From the NCBI RefSeq assembly GCF_009914755.1, contig NC_060930.1: a DNA stretch of 64,000 nucleotides; one strand, written 5' to 3'. A program made the translations under genes and the position numbers. Below, in pieces: positions 1 through 15,879 of this stretch (position 1 is the stretch's first letter; each line of letters opens with the position of its first letter). This DNA is from the human T2T-CHM13v2.0 reference genome, Homo sapiens. The notes beneath the pieces are model-generated. The model worked only from the letters and a program-made list of their open reading frames with translations. It had not been told where the DNA came from and made no database searches.

Positions 1-171
1 GGGCTGCCATAACAAAGTTCCATACATTGGATGGCTTAAACAATACAAATTTGTTTCACAGTTCTAGAGGTAAGCAGTCCAAGATCAAGGTGTCAGCAGG
101 GATAGTTTCTTCTGAGGGCTGTGAGGGAAGGGTCTATTTCAGGACTCTCTCTTTGGCTTGTAGATGGCTAT

Positions 172-566
172 TGATATACTTTAGATATCTGTCCCCACCC
201 AAATCTCACATTGAAATGTAATCCCCAGTATTGGAGGTGGGCCTAGTGGGAGCTGTTTGGGCCACAGGGGTAGATCCCTCATGGCTTAGTGCTGTTCTCA
301 CCATAGTAAGGTCTCACAAGATCTGGTTGTTTAAAAGTGTGTGGCACTTCTCACCCCCTTGCTCCTGCTTTTGCCACGTGAGATTTCTGCTCCTACGTCA
401 CCTTCTGCCATGATTGGAAGCTTCCTGAAGCCTCCTCAGAAGCTGAGCTGATGCTAGTGCTATGCTTCCTGTACAGCCTGCAAAACATAAGCTAATTAAA
501 CCTCTTTTCTTTATAAATTACCCAGCCTCAAGTATTCCTTCATTGCAGTGCAAGAACAGCCTAACA
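172..566 (+). mobile_element. MSTB-like MaLR solo LTR
   Basis: TGATA...CCCCACCCAAATCTCA..GAAATGTAATCCCC...AATTAAACCTCTTTTCTTTATAAATTACCCAG; 5-bp TSD GCTAT. Confidence 0.85.
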
Positions 567-639
567 GCTATCTTCTCCCAGTATATCTTCACATCACCTT
601 CCATGTATGTGTGTGTCTTTATATTTTCATATGGTGTTT

Positions 640-941
<302 letters not shown>

Positions 942-1134
942 ATGGTGTTCTTATAAACACCAGTCATATTCAATCAGGGGCCTACCCTATTCCAGTATGA
1001 CCTCATCTTAACTAACTCTATCTGCAACACCCCTATTTCCAAATCAGGCCACATTGTGGGGTACTGGGGATTGAGACTTCAACATATAAATTTGCTGGGG
1101 GGACACAATTCAACCCATAACATATGTACTATAA

Positions 1135-1810
1135 GTCTACTGCATGCCAGGCACTGTGCCAAGCTCCGGGGATACACTTTTGAACAAGAAAGACAGTTGC
1201 TACTCTCCTTCATGTTATTTGAGAGTAAAGAGAAAAATGACACAATAAAAAAGTAACCAATATGCTGTGATAGGGCCCTGAGAGGGACCGTGGGAGAACA
1301 GAGGAGAAGCAAAGAACCTCACAGTGGAGACCAGGGGAGGTCGCCCTGAGCAAGTCAGGTCAAAAGCCTGAAGTCTGAAGGAAGATAGGAGTTTACCAGG
1401 GAAAAGGTGGGGTGGAGCAGACGGATCTTCCAGGTGGAGGCAACTCAAAGTACCAAGGCCAGTGGGGACAGAGACAACAGCAATTCTGTGGGGTTGAAGT
1501 AATAGCACGTGCAAGTGTGTCCCAGACATTAAGGAGAGGAGGAAAAGAGTAATGAAGAGACACTGGAAGAAGAATGATGCAGACCCAGTAAGCCCACCGA
1601 GGAGTATGGCAGAAACCCGAGGGCACTCGGGAGCCACTGAAGAATGTCGTTTAGGAAATGACATGATCAGATTACATTTTAGAGAAGCCCTGCTGGCTGA
1701 GCCTGGAGAGGAGGAGAAGGAAGGAAGACCACTTAGAGGGGCACCTCTGTGCTCCAGATGAGAGATGGCAGTGGCCTGAGCTAGGAGACTAGCAGGAGAT
1801 GGAGCTCACG
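1135..1810 (-). mobile_element. L2 fragment
   Basis: ATGCCAGGCACTGTG and purine-rich L2-type sequence; highly diverged. Confidence 0.5.
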
Positions 1811-2100
1811 GGACTTTGCTGCCTACTGGTCCTGCAGATCCCAGCCCAGGCATCTCAGAGCTCCCAGGGCTTCTCCATGTCTGTGTGCCAGTTTGACACT
1901 CATGTCCTCCTCCTATTTTTTATTCTTCAAATACTTGCATGGTATTTACCATATGCCAGGCACTGAGTGCATTAGAAATGCTAATTCATTATGTGCCAGA
2001 AAGTAACTATGAAGGAGGTACCGGGAGGCACTGTTATTAATCCATTGTACAATGGGAGGACAAGGTCACAGAGTTAACAGATGACAGTGCCAGGATGTGA

Positions 2101-2462
<362 letters not shown>

Positions 2463-5400
2463 CAGTTCGTACTCTTAACCATGACCCTACACTGCCTCTT
2501 ATGAGGAGGTGGTCCTTTTATCATCACACTCACAAGAGGACCTGGCACATAATAGGGCCTTGATAAATACTTGTTGAATAAATGTTGGTGGTGATTGGAT
2601 ATATATGATGAAAATGGTGGGGGGATGCAGACTGGGGGATGGGGCCCAGTGTCAAAGATGACTTCCAAGACTTTCAGCTTGGGTTGGAGGTGAGGGTATT
2701 CGCTGAGTAGAGGACCACAAAAGAGAAAGCTGTCTCTAGGGAATGAGGAAAGAATAAACTTTAAATCTCTATACCAGAGACCTCCATGTGGAGGGGCAAA
2801 CTGGAACGGCCTGATGGAGCACAGCTCTTCCTACTCCTCAAGCATCTAGAGCCTCAGCCACCCCTCGAAGGTGCATGTCACTCGCTGCCCTGGTGAGAAC
2901 ATCCATCTGAAACATTTTAGGCCTTACCCTGTAACAGCTGAATAACAGCTATTAGCTTTGGACTCTAGGCATTTTTATGAGATCTTAGTTCCAGGGCTTG
3001 AGGTTTGGCAAAATGAGCATATTATTCACACGCAAAACAACTGCATTAAAATAGCATTAAGCATCTGGCTTACACTGACAAAACCTAGGAAATTCAGAAT
3101 TATGGTAATAAGTCTGTCCTGAGTTCACCCCCAACACTATGCCTGGTGCTGCTCCATTAAGTGTGGAGAGAAAGGTCCCCACTGGGCAGAAAGAGCCAGA
3201 CCAGGGAGGTGGAAGGCAGGACAGGTGAGGGAAAAGAAGAGGAGGAGGAGTTGGGAAAAGAACACTGGGGCAGGGGCTATGGTCCCCTGACCCAGGCCTG
3301 CCACATGGCGTATGGTGATGTAGCCATGAAGTGCTGGCCCCCAAGGCCACTCCTCTGATCCTAGAGCCAGGCGACACTTGCCCACCCCAGGCACCGGCTC
3401 CGCTGGTCTGAGACTCCCTCCTAGAAGCTGATGAAGATGAGACACATTTGCCCCATGGAGTCGAAGCGTCTTTCAAGTTTGCATCCCCGCAGACCTCAGA
3501 CACAGGGAGAACTAATACGCAGGTACATTTCTCCCCACTGAATTTCCATTTTCTTGAAAAGAATTAAAGAGAAAGAAGCTTGATAACAGATGAACAAAAA
3601 GCATTGTACTGTGTTCGAACATGGCAACATGGCTGATTATAGCATTAGGGCATCACTCTGTTAAGGATATTTGAGAATGTAAACAATTTTGATCTGGAGT
3701 TCCATTGAGAGTAGAAGAAAAAAGTGAGAAAAAGAAATTCCTTCCTCTTGGTCAAAAAAGAGACCTTTCTCCATTTGAGATGACGTGTAACCATTTGTTC
3801 CAATGATTTGTAGTAAAATCAGTAATTGGTTCTTGGGATGCATTTTGGGAAAAAATGTCTATAATTCCAGAATTCACCAAGGTAGTTTCTGTAAGAACTT
3901 CCTCTAATCTTTTAAAATAGTTAAGTATAATCCAAGAGCTCAAAAATGGGCCACGTTCTTTTTAAATACAATAAATGTGATCTCAGTCTAACCAACTTTG
4001 AGACGACAAAAATACGGTCCTTGGGGAAGCTGTATGAATGTAGCATAAGTGTCAGGGTGGCAGAGAAGGTGAGACACACCTACGTTTACAAGAACCCCAA
4101 ATAACCTTTGTAAAATAAAAATGAAATGTCAATTCCACAAATTGATTGCCCTCTTCCAATAGTTTTCAGATTTCTTTAACCTTTTCACCTCCCGATCTCT
4201 CAGTGATTAACAAATCTCTTCTCTTTGCCCTACAATTACTATACACCAGAATAATAACCCAAGTAAATAAGCTCCTTTAACCCTTCCAATAATCCTATGA
4301 GGTAGCCACTCTTGATCATGGAATGATGTCATTTATCATTATGATACATAATGACATTAGGTTACTTGACCAAGGTCACACCACCAGTAAATGGAGGAGC
4401 TGGGACTGGAACCCCACGTGTTCCGTTCCAGAGGTTGTTCTAAGCACACTTTGAGTTCCCACGCCACCTGCCACCACCACATGTAATTTAAGCGGAGATT
4501 AGTAGTCCATCCCACCCAGACCTGGGTTGCCTGTAAAACCCAGCTGAGGACATCCAGAGCTGTAGGGGTCCTGATCCCTCTGGAAGTCCCCATCTTAGAA
4601 TGAGAAACCCTGTTCTCTGTCAAACCAGCCAAGAGACAGAAAAAGGAGTTGTGTTCATTTCTAAATTGTTAAAAATGGTTCTGAAGGCCCATTTCTTTTA
4701 TTCCTCCTCTTAAGTGGGAAAACCAAAAAAATTCTATGCTACCAGGTGAAAGCTGAGCCAGGCATAAAACACAAGAAAACTCAGGCTTTAGAAAACGACC
4801 TGGCAATCACTTTTCCAATGTGCTATAAAATCTTAATAATTCTGAGTAAACTGGCCCAAAATGCATGAAAGTGCAGAACAGCTGGAAGTTCAGGGAAAGT
4901 CATTTGTGTGCTCTTCTTGTCACTTAGCAAAGCAGGAACAACCTTGGCTCTGTTGTGTAGCTATTTAGATGTCACAGCCATGAATCCCTGACTCTCCATC
5001 AGAGGCCACTGGCAACACCTCCCCTTTTTTTGTTGTTTGGAAGAAAGAGATATAGGAGAAGTTGTTCAAATAAAATGACTGTTTGGGGTGGGGAACGGAG
5101 AGGCAGTGTAAACATGGCTAATAACAAGCGCAGAGAGAAACTCAGGACACAGTGACATCAGCAGAGCCAGGCATCTCAAAGCCGGTGACAGTCTGCACCG
5201 GCAGATTTCTTGTGGAGCTCTAGATATTTCTGTTCTGACTGGAGTCTTTATTTAACAGTCTTGATGAGTGCATTAACTGTGACTTAACTCTGAGTTTGAA
5301 CGAAAAGTACAAGTATTTGACGTGTTTCTTGGCGACACCTTTTGACAAAAGGATGCATATATCCCTAGTTTTGTGCTAGAATTCTTTAGTGGGGACTCTC

Positions 5401-6684
5401 TGGAACTAAAACATCCTCTTTGGAGGTTAAATTTTAAGCCTTTTCACAGCTTCTCTATCCCACAGCCTCCTCTCTGCACATACACTCATGCACACACGTA
5501 CATAGAAGCACCAACCCCGGGGGCGGACTCGCTTAGCCTAGATGCAAGCTGCTGGCCTGTGCACAGTGTATTTTCCCACAGGACAGAGGCAGAGGGAACC
5601 CAGTGGGACCAACACAGGAGGCCTAAGTTGGGTCTGAGGTCTCCCAACCTCCCAGAAAATGTTTCTCCTGGATCATGCTCTTTGGTTTCTTTCCTTGTTT
5701 GTTTTCTACTTGAGCGGCAGGGACGCAAGAGAAATTGACAGAAGAAAGAAACCGCCTGAGCATCAGACACAGGGGTGATGGGAAATGAAAATGATTTATA
5801 GAGTTTCGTTGGCCTCCACTCTCGCCTTTTCTGCTTTTTGTAGCTCAACATCCCACAGGTGTGAACACAGCAAACTATGTAGCCCTGTTTTATTGTGTAA
5901 TTAAATAACACCCTACACTGAGTCAAGCTGAGTTGTGAAACCTCAAGGTTCGGAACATCAGGTAGAGGATGTGGGGAAATGCCTGCCGCCTGAGGTCACT
6001 GGGTTCATTTTCCTGGCACCAGTAGAGGTGAGGCAGCTGCCTTGTAATCAGCTCCTCCTGGAAATTACTACACCCACACAAACATTTGGGTCCCATGGAA
6101 ACGGCAGGAATGCGGTCTGGTCTAGGAGCCTGGAACTGGGGCCTGAACATCTAGATTGGTTTGGCCCCACCACCGACTTCCTGTGTTGTCAGTTTACACC
6201 TCGACACCACAGTTTTGCCTTTGGAAACACCAAAGAGAGGGTCCTGCAAAGAGCAAATCTGCGGGAATGGTGTGAAAGCTCTCTATTTGCTTAGGATGCT
6301 TTAGCTTTGTTCCCGCCCAAGGCAGGAAAAAAGATGAAATGACTAACCCTATTATTCTACTCTGTAATTCTGCTACTGTGCTGAAAGGCTTCGCAGCGTC
6401 TTGCCTGTGGTGGGAGTTTGGCAGAGAAGACCTCCACAGCCCTTCCAACTCTGAGATTCACAATAGTCAGTGACTTCACTGAAAACCATGGAATTGCATG
6501 CTGTCATCACTGGAGAGGGCAGGCCATTCTGAATGGAAACACTCTTATTAGGCATTTTTAAACGTAGGCAGTAGACAAACATTCCTTTGTTGCTTTTCTC
6601 AGGAAAGAAATTACTTTCTGAAGACAATGGCAGGCACATTTAATAGAAGACACACAGGTAGCTTCAGCTAAGAAATAAAAAAAA

Positions 6685-6992
<308 letters not shown>

Positions 6993-7489
6993 CTATCCCC
7001 CTCCTCCCTACCAATGCACCAAAAGAAAAAGTAGCTTCCCTAGAAAAGAATGTCAGCCAAATATAAGTCAGGATGCTATCAGAGTGTAGAAGACATGCAG
7101 GGGAGAGGTGTGAAGGGAGGCAGGAGAGGAGGCTTCTGGGAAGGGCTTCCTCAGGCAGGCGGCTCCTGAGTCAGGCTTTAGGAGATACCAGTAGCATTCA
7201 CCATCCGGAGGGAGAGAGTGGGTCACAACAGGACAAGGATGGGAGCAAGCAAGCGGATGTGGAAAATTCCATGGGGTAATAGAGTTTTACTTTTTCATCT
7301 CTCCAAGAGCCAGTGCTGTGAATCCCCTAGGAAGCACAGATTTATAACTTGGTAGGGACCACTGTTCGGTATAACTTTTTTGTAGTTTAGTTTGTTGTTG
7401 TTATTCTGACTCTCACGACATAACGCTGGCTTTGCAGAAAGCACATGTGCAGCCACTGAGTTCACAAATGTGGACTCAGCCACCACCCT

Positions 7490-7990
7490 GGGCCAGGTAC
7501 CTGGAAAACACTGGCAATGTCCCTACTGCCATGGAGCTTGCATTCCTGCCTGGGAAACAGACAAATAGGAAATCAGTGAAACAAAGATCAGTTCTGAGAG
7601 TGATGAGTGCTTAGAGAAAAATAAAACATGTATGTGATGAAGTGGTGGGGAGGGAGTAACATTCAACAGAGGAGTTCGAAAAGACCTTTCCGAAGTTGTG
7701 ACACGTGAGCAGAGACCTAAATCGCAAAAGCAGCCAACTTTGCCAAGTAAGATGTGCATTCCAGGCAGAAGGAATGGCGACAGCAGAGGTCCTGAGGAAA
7801 TGACATCAGTGTGTTCTAAGAACAGAGGGAAGGCCAGTGTGGCTGAGAAGGAGAGTGATAGGAAGGGAGAGGTATAGGGGTGGACACTGGAGGGATAGGC
7901 AGGGACCAGATCATAGGGGCCCTTGTAACTGATAGCAAGGAATTGGACTTTATCTTTATCTGTAATAGGAAAGCAAGGTAGGAATGTAGG
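7490..7990 (-). mobile_element. L2 fragment
   Basis: CATTCCAGGCAGAAGGAA...GGAAGGCCAGTGTGGCTG...CAGATCATAGGGGCCCTTGTA, typical of L2. Confidence 0.6.
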
Positions 7991-10531
7991 TTGAATAGGC
8001 TTATTATAATTCAACATGGAGACACAGTGATGAATTAGACCCTAGTGAATAATCCTAGAATCTCTCAGAATACCGGTGATATTAGTGAATGGATGACAAC
8101 TGACTAGAAACCAGATAGGTGCCTGAGATTTATAAGGCAGACAGTTCCATACAGGAATTTAGAATCTTACCAGACTCTAAAACCTTCCACATATATATTT
8201 TCCCAAGTATACATACTGTGCCATGAATATCTAAATAACATTTCCCAAGCATGTGTGTGGTCGTGAATGACATCCAAATTTAAAATACAATGCATTCTGC
8301 ATATTGCATACGGTTTTCTCAGTGGCTCTTCTAAGACACCGTTACTGGTGAGCATGTGCGAATACAGTCTGAAAGGGAGAGAGGAAAATCTCAGCTCTTC
8401 TTCCAAACCAGCCGCCATCCTCAGGAGGCCCCCACACCCTCAGGAAGAACCAATCTGCCTGGTCTTATCACTGTGACAGATCGAATGATGGGTATCAAGT
8501 CATCATTTCATGGCCAAGATTTTGTCCCAGACTGTAGCTCACTCATTTCTGACAATATGTTGAAAGTGAAATGTGCTTCCTCGCCCCTCCTAACTTCCTT
8601 TTACAATTTATGAATTTTGCAGTTTTGCTAAACACAAAAGCTGCTAGAAATTTTCAGAATAAGCCCTTTACACTCAGCATGCAGACGGCAAAGTCTCAAG
8701 GGACAGAAAATTATTAAACGTGGGACACACAGAAAGAGATTTAATGTTTTTAGGACCAAAAAGAGGATTATAAAATTCAGGCAGCACAACAAATACCAGC
8801 CGAAGCCTAACTGGCCAGGAGTGTGTCATAATTATTCCTAGTCATCAATTCTGATGGATTCTGGGCCCCAGCAGAGAAGTCACTTCATCCTCCATTGTCT
8901 AATGGATGCTGATGAAAAGGTTACAGTGCCAGGAAGGTGGTGCTCATCTCTAATCTTGCCTGCCTTGTTCTGTCAAGTCAGAGTTGATGAGAGAGACCCA
9001 GGTAACTCGTTCTCTTGCTCTTGTCCTGATATCTGATCTCAGGATGGCATTCGAGCTGGTATTTACCATTTGGCCATGTGCCAGGAGTCCTGTATTTTAA
9101 AGATCTTTAAGTAGAAACACACATAACTCAAAATGTTAAGCTAGAAGTATCCTATTTTCTCTTCTAAATCTTTCAACTTACAATTTAGGAAACAGATCTA
9201 GAGTAAATGGGTAATTTTTTTGAGGCAGCAACAAAACCAGGACAGGAAGTCACACTTCCGTCTACCGAGTTCTCCCAATCCAAAGCTATCTGAAGTGGCT
9301 GTTTTAGATTTCCCCACCCACAAGACTTGGCCACAGTTCTCCTAATGCCCAACCCCTTGGCATCACAGCAGTAAAGGGAACTCTCCCTTATTGTGAACAT
9401 AATATAACACAAGCTCTGAATAAAGAATACAATGTTGCTTTTACCATACTTTTTTCTTCTTCTTTGAAATTATGGTGATTCCTAGTTTATCTTAAATTAC
9501 ACTAGCCCAAACCTTTATCCACATAAAACAAAGCCAGAAATCAGGAAGTAAGCAAGAAAGGCACCTATAGTGAAAAAATAGCTTCTTGTGGTCCACGCTA
9601 AAGATTGCAGGATGTCCCATTTGGCCTTTGCTGATGTCTCTGATTCATGTTTAAAACCTTAACAAGCTTGTTTGCAGGGGTTGCAATCTTCCAGGAGCCT
9701 GAGAGCTGCCAAGACATAAAAAGAAGAGAAGTTTCTATGGGCCAAGAACCATAGGACAGACCCTCAGAGCACCAACAAAGCACCGCACACAGCCAGGAAA
9801 GAAACAACACAAACAAAGCATGAAAAGCAGGCAGAGTTTTAAAAGGAGCATTTCCAGGCTGGCTTACAAACCTCCACAGGCCCAGGAGCAAACTCCATCA
9901 ATAGCGCGTGGCAGCCGTGGAGGTTTTTAAAGCTATCCCTGACTTAAATATCCAGAAAAGGTTTTCTTTTGGTCATCATGCTTTGAAGAAACAGAGAACT
10001 GTGATATATCTTAGCAAGACTGGCATGACTACCACTTAACATGGCGATTACTGTTGAGATTGTATTGTCTCAAGGGTGTAAACACACAAATGAACAAGTA
10101 AAACTCCTCAGCTATGTAAAACCCCCAGGGGCTTCAAACGATTCTGGTGTTTCTGAGGCTCTTCTCTTCAGCCTTCCCTGTACAACCAGCCCCAGGCAGC
10201 CCAGTGTGCTAGCTCCCCAATTTTTAAGCCAAGAAATGTTAATAGTTTTGGAAAACATCTTAGCTTCAATTACACCTGAATGCAAATTCCCAACCACGTG
10301 GGCCTTACACATTTTTGAGGTGTTGCTCACTGCAGTCCTAGCCCTATCTACAACACTCAGCAAAACCCTAAAGGGGGTGGCTGATTCTTTTACTTTTCCA
10401 CCTAAAACAGCCACCTTCTGTACCCATTACTCTCAGCTTGTTCCCCTTGAAGAGTGATTTGTTTGGTACTTGGATTTTTTTTTTAATTTTATGGTGTCCT
10501 ACAACATGCTGGTTAGACTAAGCCATTGTCA

Positions 10532-10957
10532 TGTTGACTCTAAAATATTTGAAGAGATTTATTCTGCTCCAAATTTAAGTGACTAACAGCCTATGACACA
10601 GCCCCAGGAGGTCCTGAGAACATGTGTTCAAGGTGGCCAGGCTATAGTTTGGTTTTATACCACTTTAGGGAGACATAAGACATCAATCAATACATGTAAG
10701 ATGTTCACTGGCATGGTCCGAAAAGGCAGGACAACGGGAAAGTGGGGGGAAGAGGGGACTTCCTGCTCATAGGCAGATTCAAACATTTTCTGATTGACAA
10801 CTGGTTGAAAGTGTTATTATCTAAAGACCTGGAATCAACAGAAAGGAATGTCTGGGTTATAATAAGGAGTTGTGGAGAACAAGGTTTTATAATGCAGATG
10901 AAACCTCCAAGTAGCAGGTTTCAGAGAGAATAGATTGTAAATATTTCTTTCTTTCTT

Positions 10958-10992
<35 letters not shown>

Positions 10993-11537
10993 TTTTTTTT
11001 TTTTTTGAGATGGTGTTTTGCTCTTGCTGCTCACTCAGGCTGGAGTGCAGTGGCATGATCTTGGGTCACTGCAACCTCCACCTCCCAGGTTCAAATGATT
11101 ATGCTACCTTAGCCTCCTGAGTAGCTGGCAATACAGCTGCCCACCACTATGCACGGCTAATTTTTGTATTTTTAGTAGAGACTGGTTTTCACCATGTTGA
11201 CCAGGCTGGTCTCGAATGTCTGACCTCAGATGATCCACCCGCCTCAGCCTCCCAAAGCGCTGGGAATACACGCATGAGCCACCACGCCTGGCCAGCTTGT
11301 AAATATTTCTTATCAGACTTAGAGTTGTTCTGCTGGTCTTAGGGCTCTGTGTTGATGTTAATGCTGGTCAGCTGTGCCCGAATTCAAAAAGGGAGAAGTG
11401 TATAATGAGGCATGTCCAAATCCCACTTCCCATCATGGCCTGAACTAGTTTTTCAGGTTAACTTTGGAAAGTCCTTGGCTGAGATGAGGCATCCATTCAG
11501 ATGGTTGAGGGGCTTAGAATTTTATTTTTGATTTTCA
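10532..11537. mobile_element. MER4-family ERV1 solo LTR containing an Alu
   Basis: TG...CA ends with 4-bp TSD GTCA; GGAGGTCCTGAGAACATGTG and GACATCAATCAATACATGTAAGATG motifs. Confidence 0.85.
10950..11293 (-). mobile_element. AluS inserted in the MER4 LTR
   Basis: Antisense Alu with (CTTT)/(CT) tail; TSD TTGTAAATATTTCTT. Confidence 0.92.
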
Positions 11538-14500
11538 GTCAACTCAGCTATATTAAAGCATGCATTACTTTTTTGCTGTCTTTACCCCTCTCCTCCCAAT
11601 ATATTTTTGTGGCTCCTCCTCATAAAAATTTACTTGGAACCCGGAGAATATTATTAAAAAAAAGAAAAAGAAAATAAAAGACTCTCTCCTGAGGAAAAAG
11701 TTATTCCACCCACCAAAGTTACAAAACAGGAAATAATGGCTCAGTATGATCCTGGGGACACTCGGGTGCTCTTTTGAAGCTGTTTTCAAATAGGGCGGTT
11801 GTTCAAATCCAGAAACCTGGGTCACAAAATCTAAGTATGCAGGAGAAGCTGCCTCCTACAAGAGAAGGAGCCTCCATCCTGGCCTGTTGGAGCGGTCTTA
11901 CAGGAGAGTCATGAACATAGAAATCAAGTCTTTTCTAATGTCAAAATCATAGACCTTAGGGAAGAAGGAGCTGAAGAGCTCTCCTCACTAGTGGCTGCCC
12001 ACGAACGAAACCAGCTGCCCAGGGTGGCAATCTGTAAGAGAACAGAATTAATAAGGAAAAAAATGGCACCAATTAATGTGGATTCCATATTCCACTTTTT
12101 ACCTATGAGGCCAAATATAAGCTGGTCTTTTTCTTGCTGGAGTGAACAACCCAATAAAACAGAAAGTAAAAAGAACCAGAAAAAAAAAAAGATGCTCAAC
12201 AGAATTGGCCTTTCCTTATCAAATAGCTGTTGTTTCTTTCTTCTCCTGTAAGGTAGACACACAAATAGCCATAGCCTAACTCAAACCACTCCACCAAGCC
12301 TGCAACAGACTGATAGTTTAGCTAAAATTGTCATCACAGTCCACTGGAATTTTGAAACTAAGTAACGTGGGGTTCGTGTACTGAAAATAAGTGAAATGTG
12401 CCATAATCAAAATGTAGAACCCTTTTGTATACCTCCCCAGACAGCAGCATTCTTGGGAAAACTGCAAAAGAATACTGAAGACAGTATAGGAACCAAAGAT
12501 GATGAGGTGATATTTGACTGGCACGAAAGTCAAGAAAAAATAGTGTTTTTGAACAACACTATGTAACTAGAAATCTAAGTACGTTTTCTCTGCAATAAAT
12601 GCATGTGACTGACAGAAGCCAGTTATGAGTATGCAGGCATCCAAAAAAAATGTAAAATGAAAGACAATTTCAAATAAGTTACAATGTTATGTTTCTGAAA
12701 TTAAGCTTCTGGCTAAACATGTTTGAGGAAACAGGGATTTTACTCTACTCCTGTCTCTTAAAACTCATGGAAGAAAACTCTGTCTTTAATGAAACAAAGA
12801 AATGGCCATGCCCCGAACAAAACTACTGAACATTTCTACCAAAAATGCTAACGCCTGGTCTCAGGTGGGCAAGGAGGCTGAAGCCCACATTACAGCTCAG
12901 GCAACGTGTCAATTTCCCATTGGCTCTGCAAGACAAACTAGCATCCTTTCAGGGCCCCCAGGTAAGGTTGCACAGGTGGTGCCCCGCTAAAGCATGCCTG
13001 GCCCAGAGGGTGAATAAAAGAGGCTGGGATAGAGCCCCTTCCATGGTTTCTAAACAAAGCTAAGACAAACCACCCAGAGACACCCATCTGCTCATAAGCA
13101 CTAGCCAGAGGGGTGCTTTCACCCAAAGAGGAGGCCTTGTAATTCACACTAGGCCCCAAGTGGGCTAATGGCAGCCCTGGGTCTTCACTTAGGGAGAGAA
13201 GATCCAGGAGCTGGGCAGGCCATGGATGAAGAAGTGAACTATCCATGTGGCGACCCAGTTCTGCACCCCCAGAATGGCATAGAGTCAGCCTCTGCTGGAG
13301 GCCTCTCACCACAGCTGCTCATTCCTTTTCTTGAAGACACATCTCCCATTTATTTTTGGGCCTGAAGAATGAGGGCGTCTCTCAGGAAATTCCCTTAAAT
13401 AAAAAACAACCTGGTTATATGTGCTTCCTTCTCTCAAATTAAGCAAGCAGGAATAAACTGAGCATAAGTGAAAGCAGGTGAAGGACGTGCATCACAAGGA
13501 AAGACACTTCAGCCAGTAAGACTTCAAGCAAAAAAAAAAAAAAAAAAAAGAAGGAAAAGAAAGAAGAAAAAATTAGACAAAAGGAAAAGCAATTATAGAA
13601 TGACAGAAAACAACTAAAAGTGAACTAACAAATATGCACATTTCAAATTTTGATCAACACTGATAATTGGGTATCTAAAGATGTCCGTCAATATTCTTTT
13701 CCGTCAAAATATATGAGAGTTTTCTTACATCCATGCTGACTTGGGGATAGTATCCATCTTTTGAATCTGGAGTAGTCTGTTGGATTTTAAAAAATGGCTT
13801 CTCTTATTTTTAATTAGCATTTCTCTGATGATTAGTGAGGTCAAGCAGATTTACATATATTGACTGATCATTTGCGTTTGGCTGCATTCAGAAGCAGCCC
13901 CTTGTGCTGGGAATAATCCTTAAAGGGAATGTGAATAACATTTTCAAATGGGGAGAAGCACACTCCGTACTTCTGAGGTCAGACTTAGCTGGCATTTTGG
14001 CATGTAGAGTAAGCTCGGTCATGAGGGACAGACTTACTTTTCAGAAAATCTAGAGAGCCAAATTATGTTATGAGGTTTTCTAAATTTGGGGTCAGCCAAA
14101 GGCACGGAAAAGAGAAGAAACAAAATCAGAGAAGTCAGAGAAACCTTCCTCAGGTTCAGACAAGGCAGTCTTCTTTCTACCCTGCATGACAGGGATAATC
14201 CACCAAAATATCCCTGCCAGCGCCTGAAACTTTGAAAACAATTATATGGGGGTCAGGCTTTGAATTTTCGAAAGTCCATGATTAAGCTACAAATAACCAA
14301 AGATTCTTGAGCACTTACTATGCACTAGCCAGTAAATCAAACGTACCATAATTCACCACAGCGTCTGGGTCAGGGAGAGGTGAGAAAATTCCTGACTCAC
14401 AAATGACTCTGTGAAAAATGAGGATAAGAATGCCCAGTTCATAGAGAGCTATGATAATTACATGAAACACGGTATTTAAAGCACTTTTGCCTTGGACAAA

Positions 14501-15879
14501 GTTGGTGCTCTGTAACTATGAATTCCCTCTCCCTTTCCTCCAGTTCCCTCTAATAGTTAATGTGTCTTTATCAATCCTCATTAACTAAATGGTGTCCATG
14601 ACCTGGAACACAGAATGGGAACCTCAGCTGCTCTGGGCAGTGGGGCAGGATGAGATGGTGCATGGGGATGAGCAAAGGGTGAGGTGGTACCTGCACAATC
14701 TTCTCACCAGGTGGGATGAACCAGGGGTTATCATACACTACCTGTTTATGAACAGATGCAGTGCTGGATTCTGTATAAGTGCCAGACTAAACATACAAAG
14801 CCCTTGAGCATGACATGTACCTTTTATATGCTTTTGAAGAATTTGGAGGGGTGCAAAGGGGCATCCAATCCTGCTTTCTTTGTGGGGCAGTGGGGGTTGG
14901 AAGGAGGAAGAAGTGAAATGTGTGTAGGGGATGTTGGGGGGTTAGGAACAATACAGCCCTCTATGGCAGGGAGCAGGATGGGAGTGAGGTGAGAGCCACA
15001 GCCGACAGCCAGGCCACAAGTTCTAACTCTCCACTCAAGACTGGGATGTTTTCTTACAGCAAAAACCAAACCTGATACCACCCCAAATTTTTATTTTATC
15101 ATTAGCATTTTATTTCCTCAAATGTGTTTACTTTGCAGTAACAGTAATGTCAAAATATCCTGGACAAGGGTATCATGCCCAGGACTATTTAAAGAAAGGA
15201 ACCCTTTGCCGTTTCCACAAACCCCGAAATAGCCTAAAATGTGAGAATTTGCATCAGATCTCACTGCCATGCAAATCAGAGAGTGGCTTGCATGGTGGCC
15301 TTATTTATTTTGGTAAATGCGTGGGCAGGGGAGGTAAAGGAGCTGTTTGAAATGCTTTTAAAATTTTTAGTTTCAAATTATTGAACACTCCAAGAAAAAA
15401 ACTTAGATTTTTCTAGGGATAAAATAAAGCAAACCTTACTTCAGATATGTGTAAAGCATAAATACACTTAACACTCTTGAAAGCTATATTGTTGACTATT
15501 TGAAAAGAGGGCTGGGAATATTTTCTTCTTAATGAATAAGTAAATTCACTTCACCTGAGGACTTAGTACAAATGGGCTCCTACATCATCTTTACTGGCCC
15601 TTTCCCACCATGGTGTAAGGCTATGGTTCCTTCCTCTCTTCAGGGCACGGCCACCACTTCTCACCTTCTTATCTTGATGTTCTAGCCAACTGTGACTCCA
15701 GTTACGGTACTTACCTGGGGTTTGCCTCCTACCTCTATAATTTTCTTCACCCCAATCTGCGCTACTGGTGCTTTGTCCTCAATCTTCTTCTGGGGCCCAG
15801 GTCTCTGCATGACCTCCCATTGGCTGAATTATTAATTGTTAATGGGAATGTATCTCTGGGTCCCTGAATTGCTTCCTCA

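Noticed and set aside
3700-6500. Repeat-poor intergenic stretch with AP-1/CRE/MAF-like motifs (TGAGTCA, TGACGT, TGACATCAGCA)
   Set aside because: Short motifs occur by chance; an enhancer cannot be supported without chromatin or conservation data
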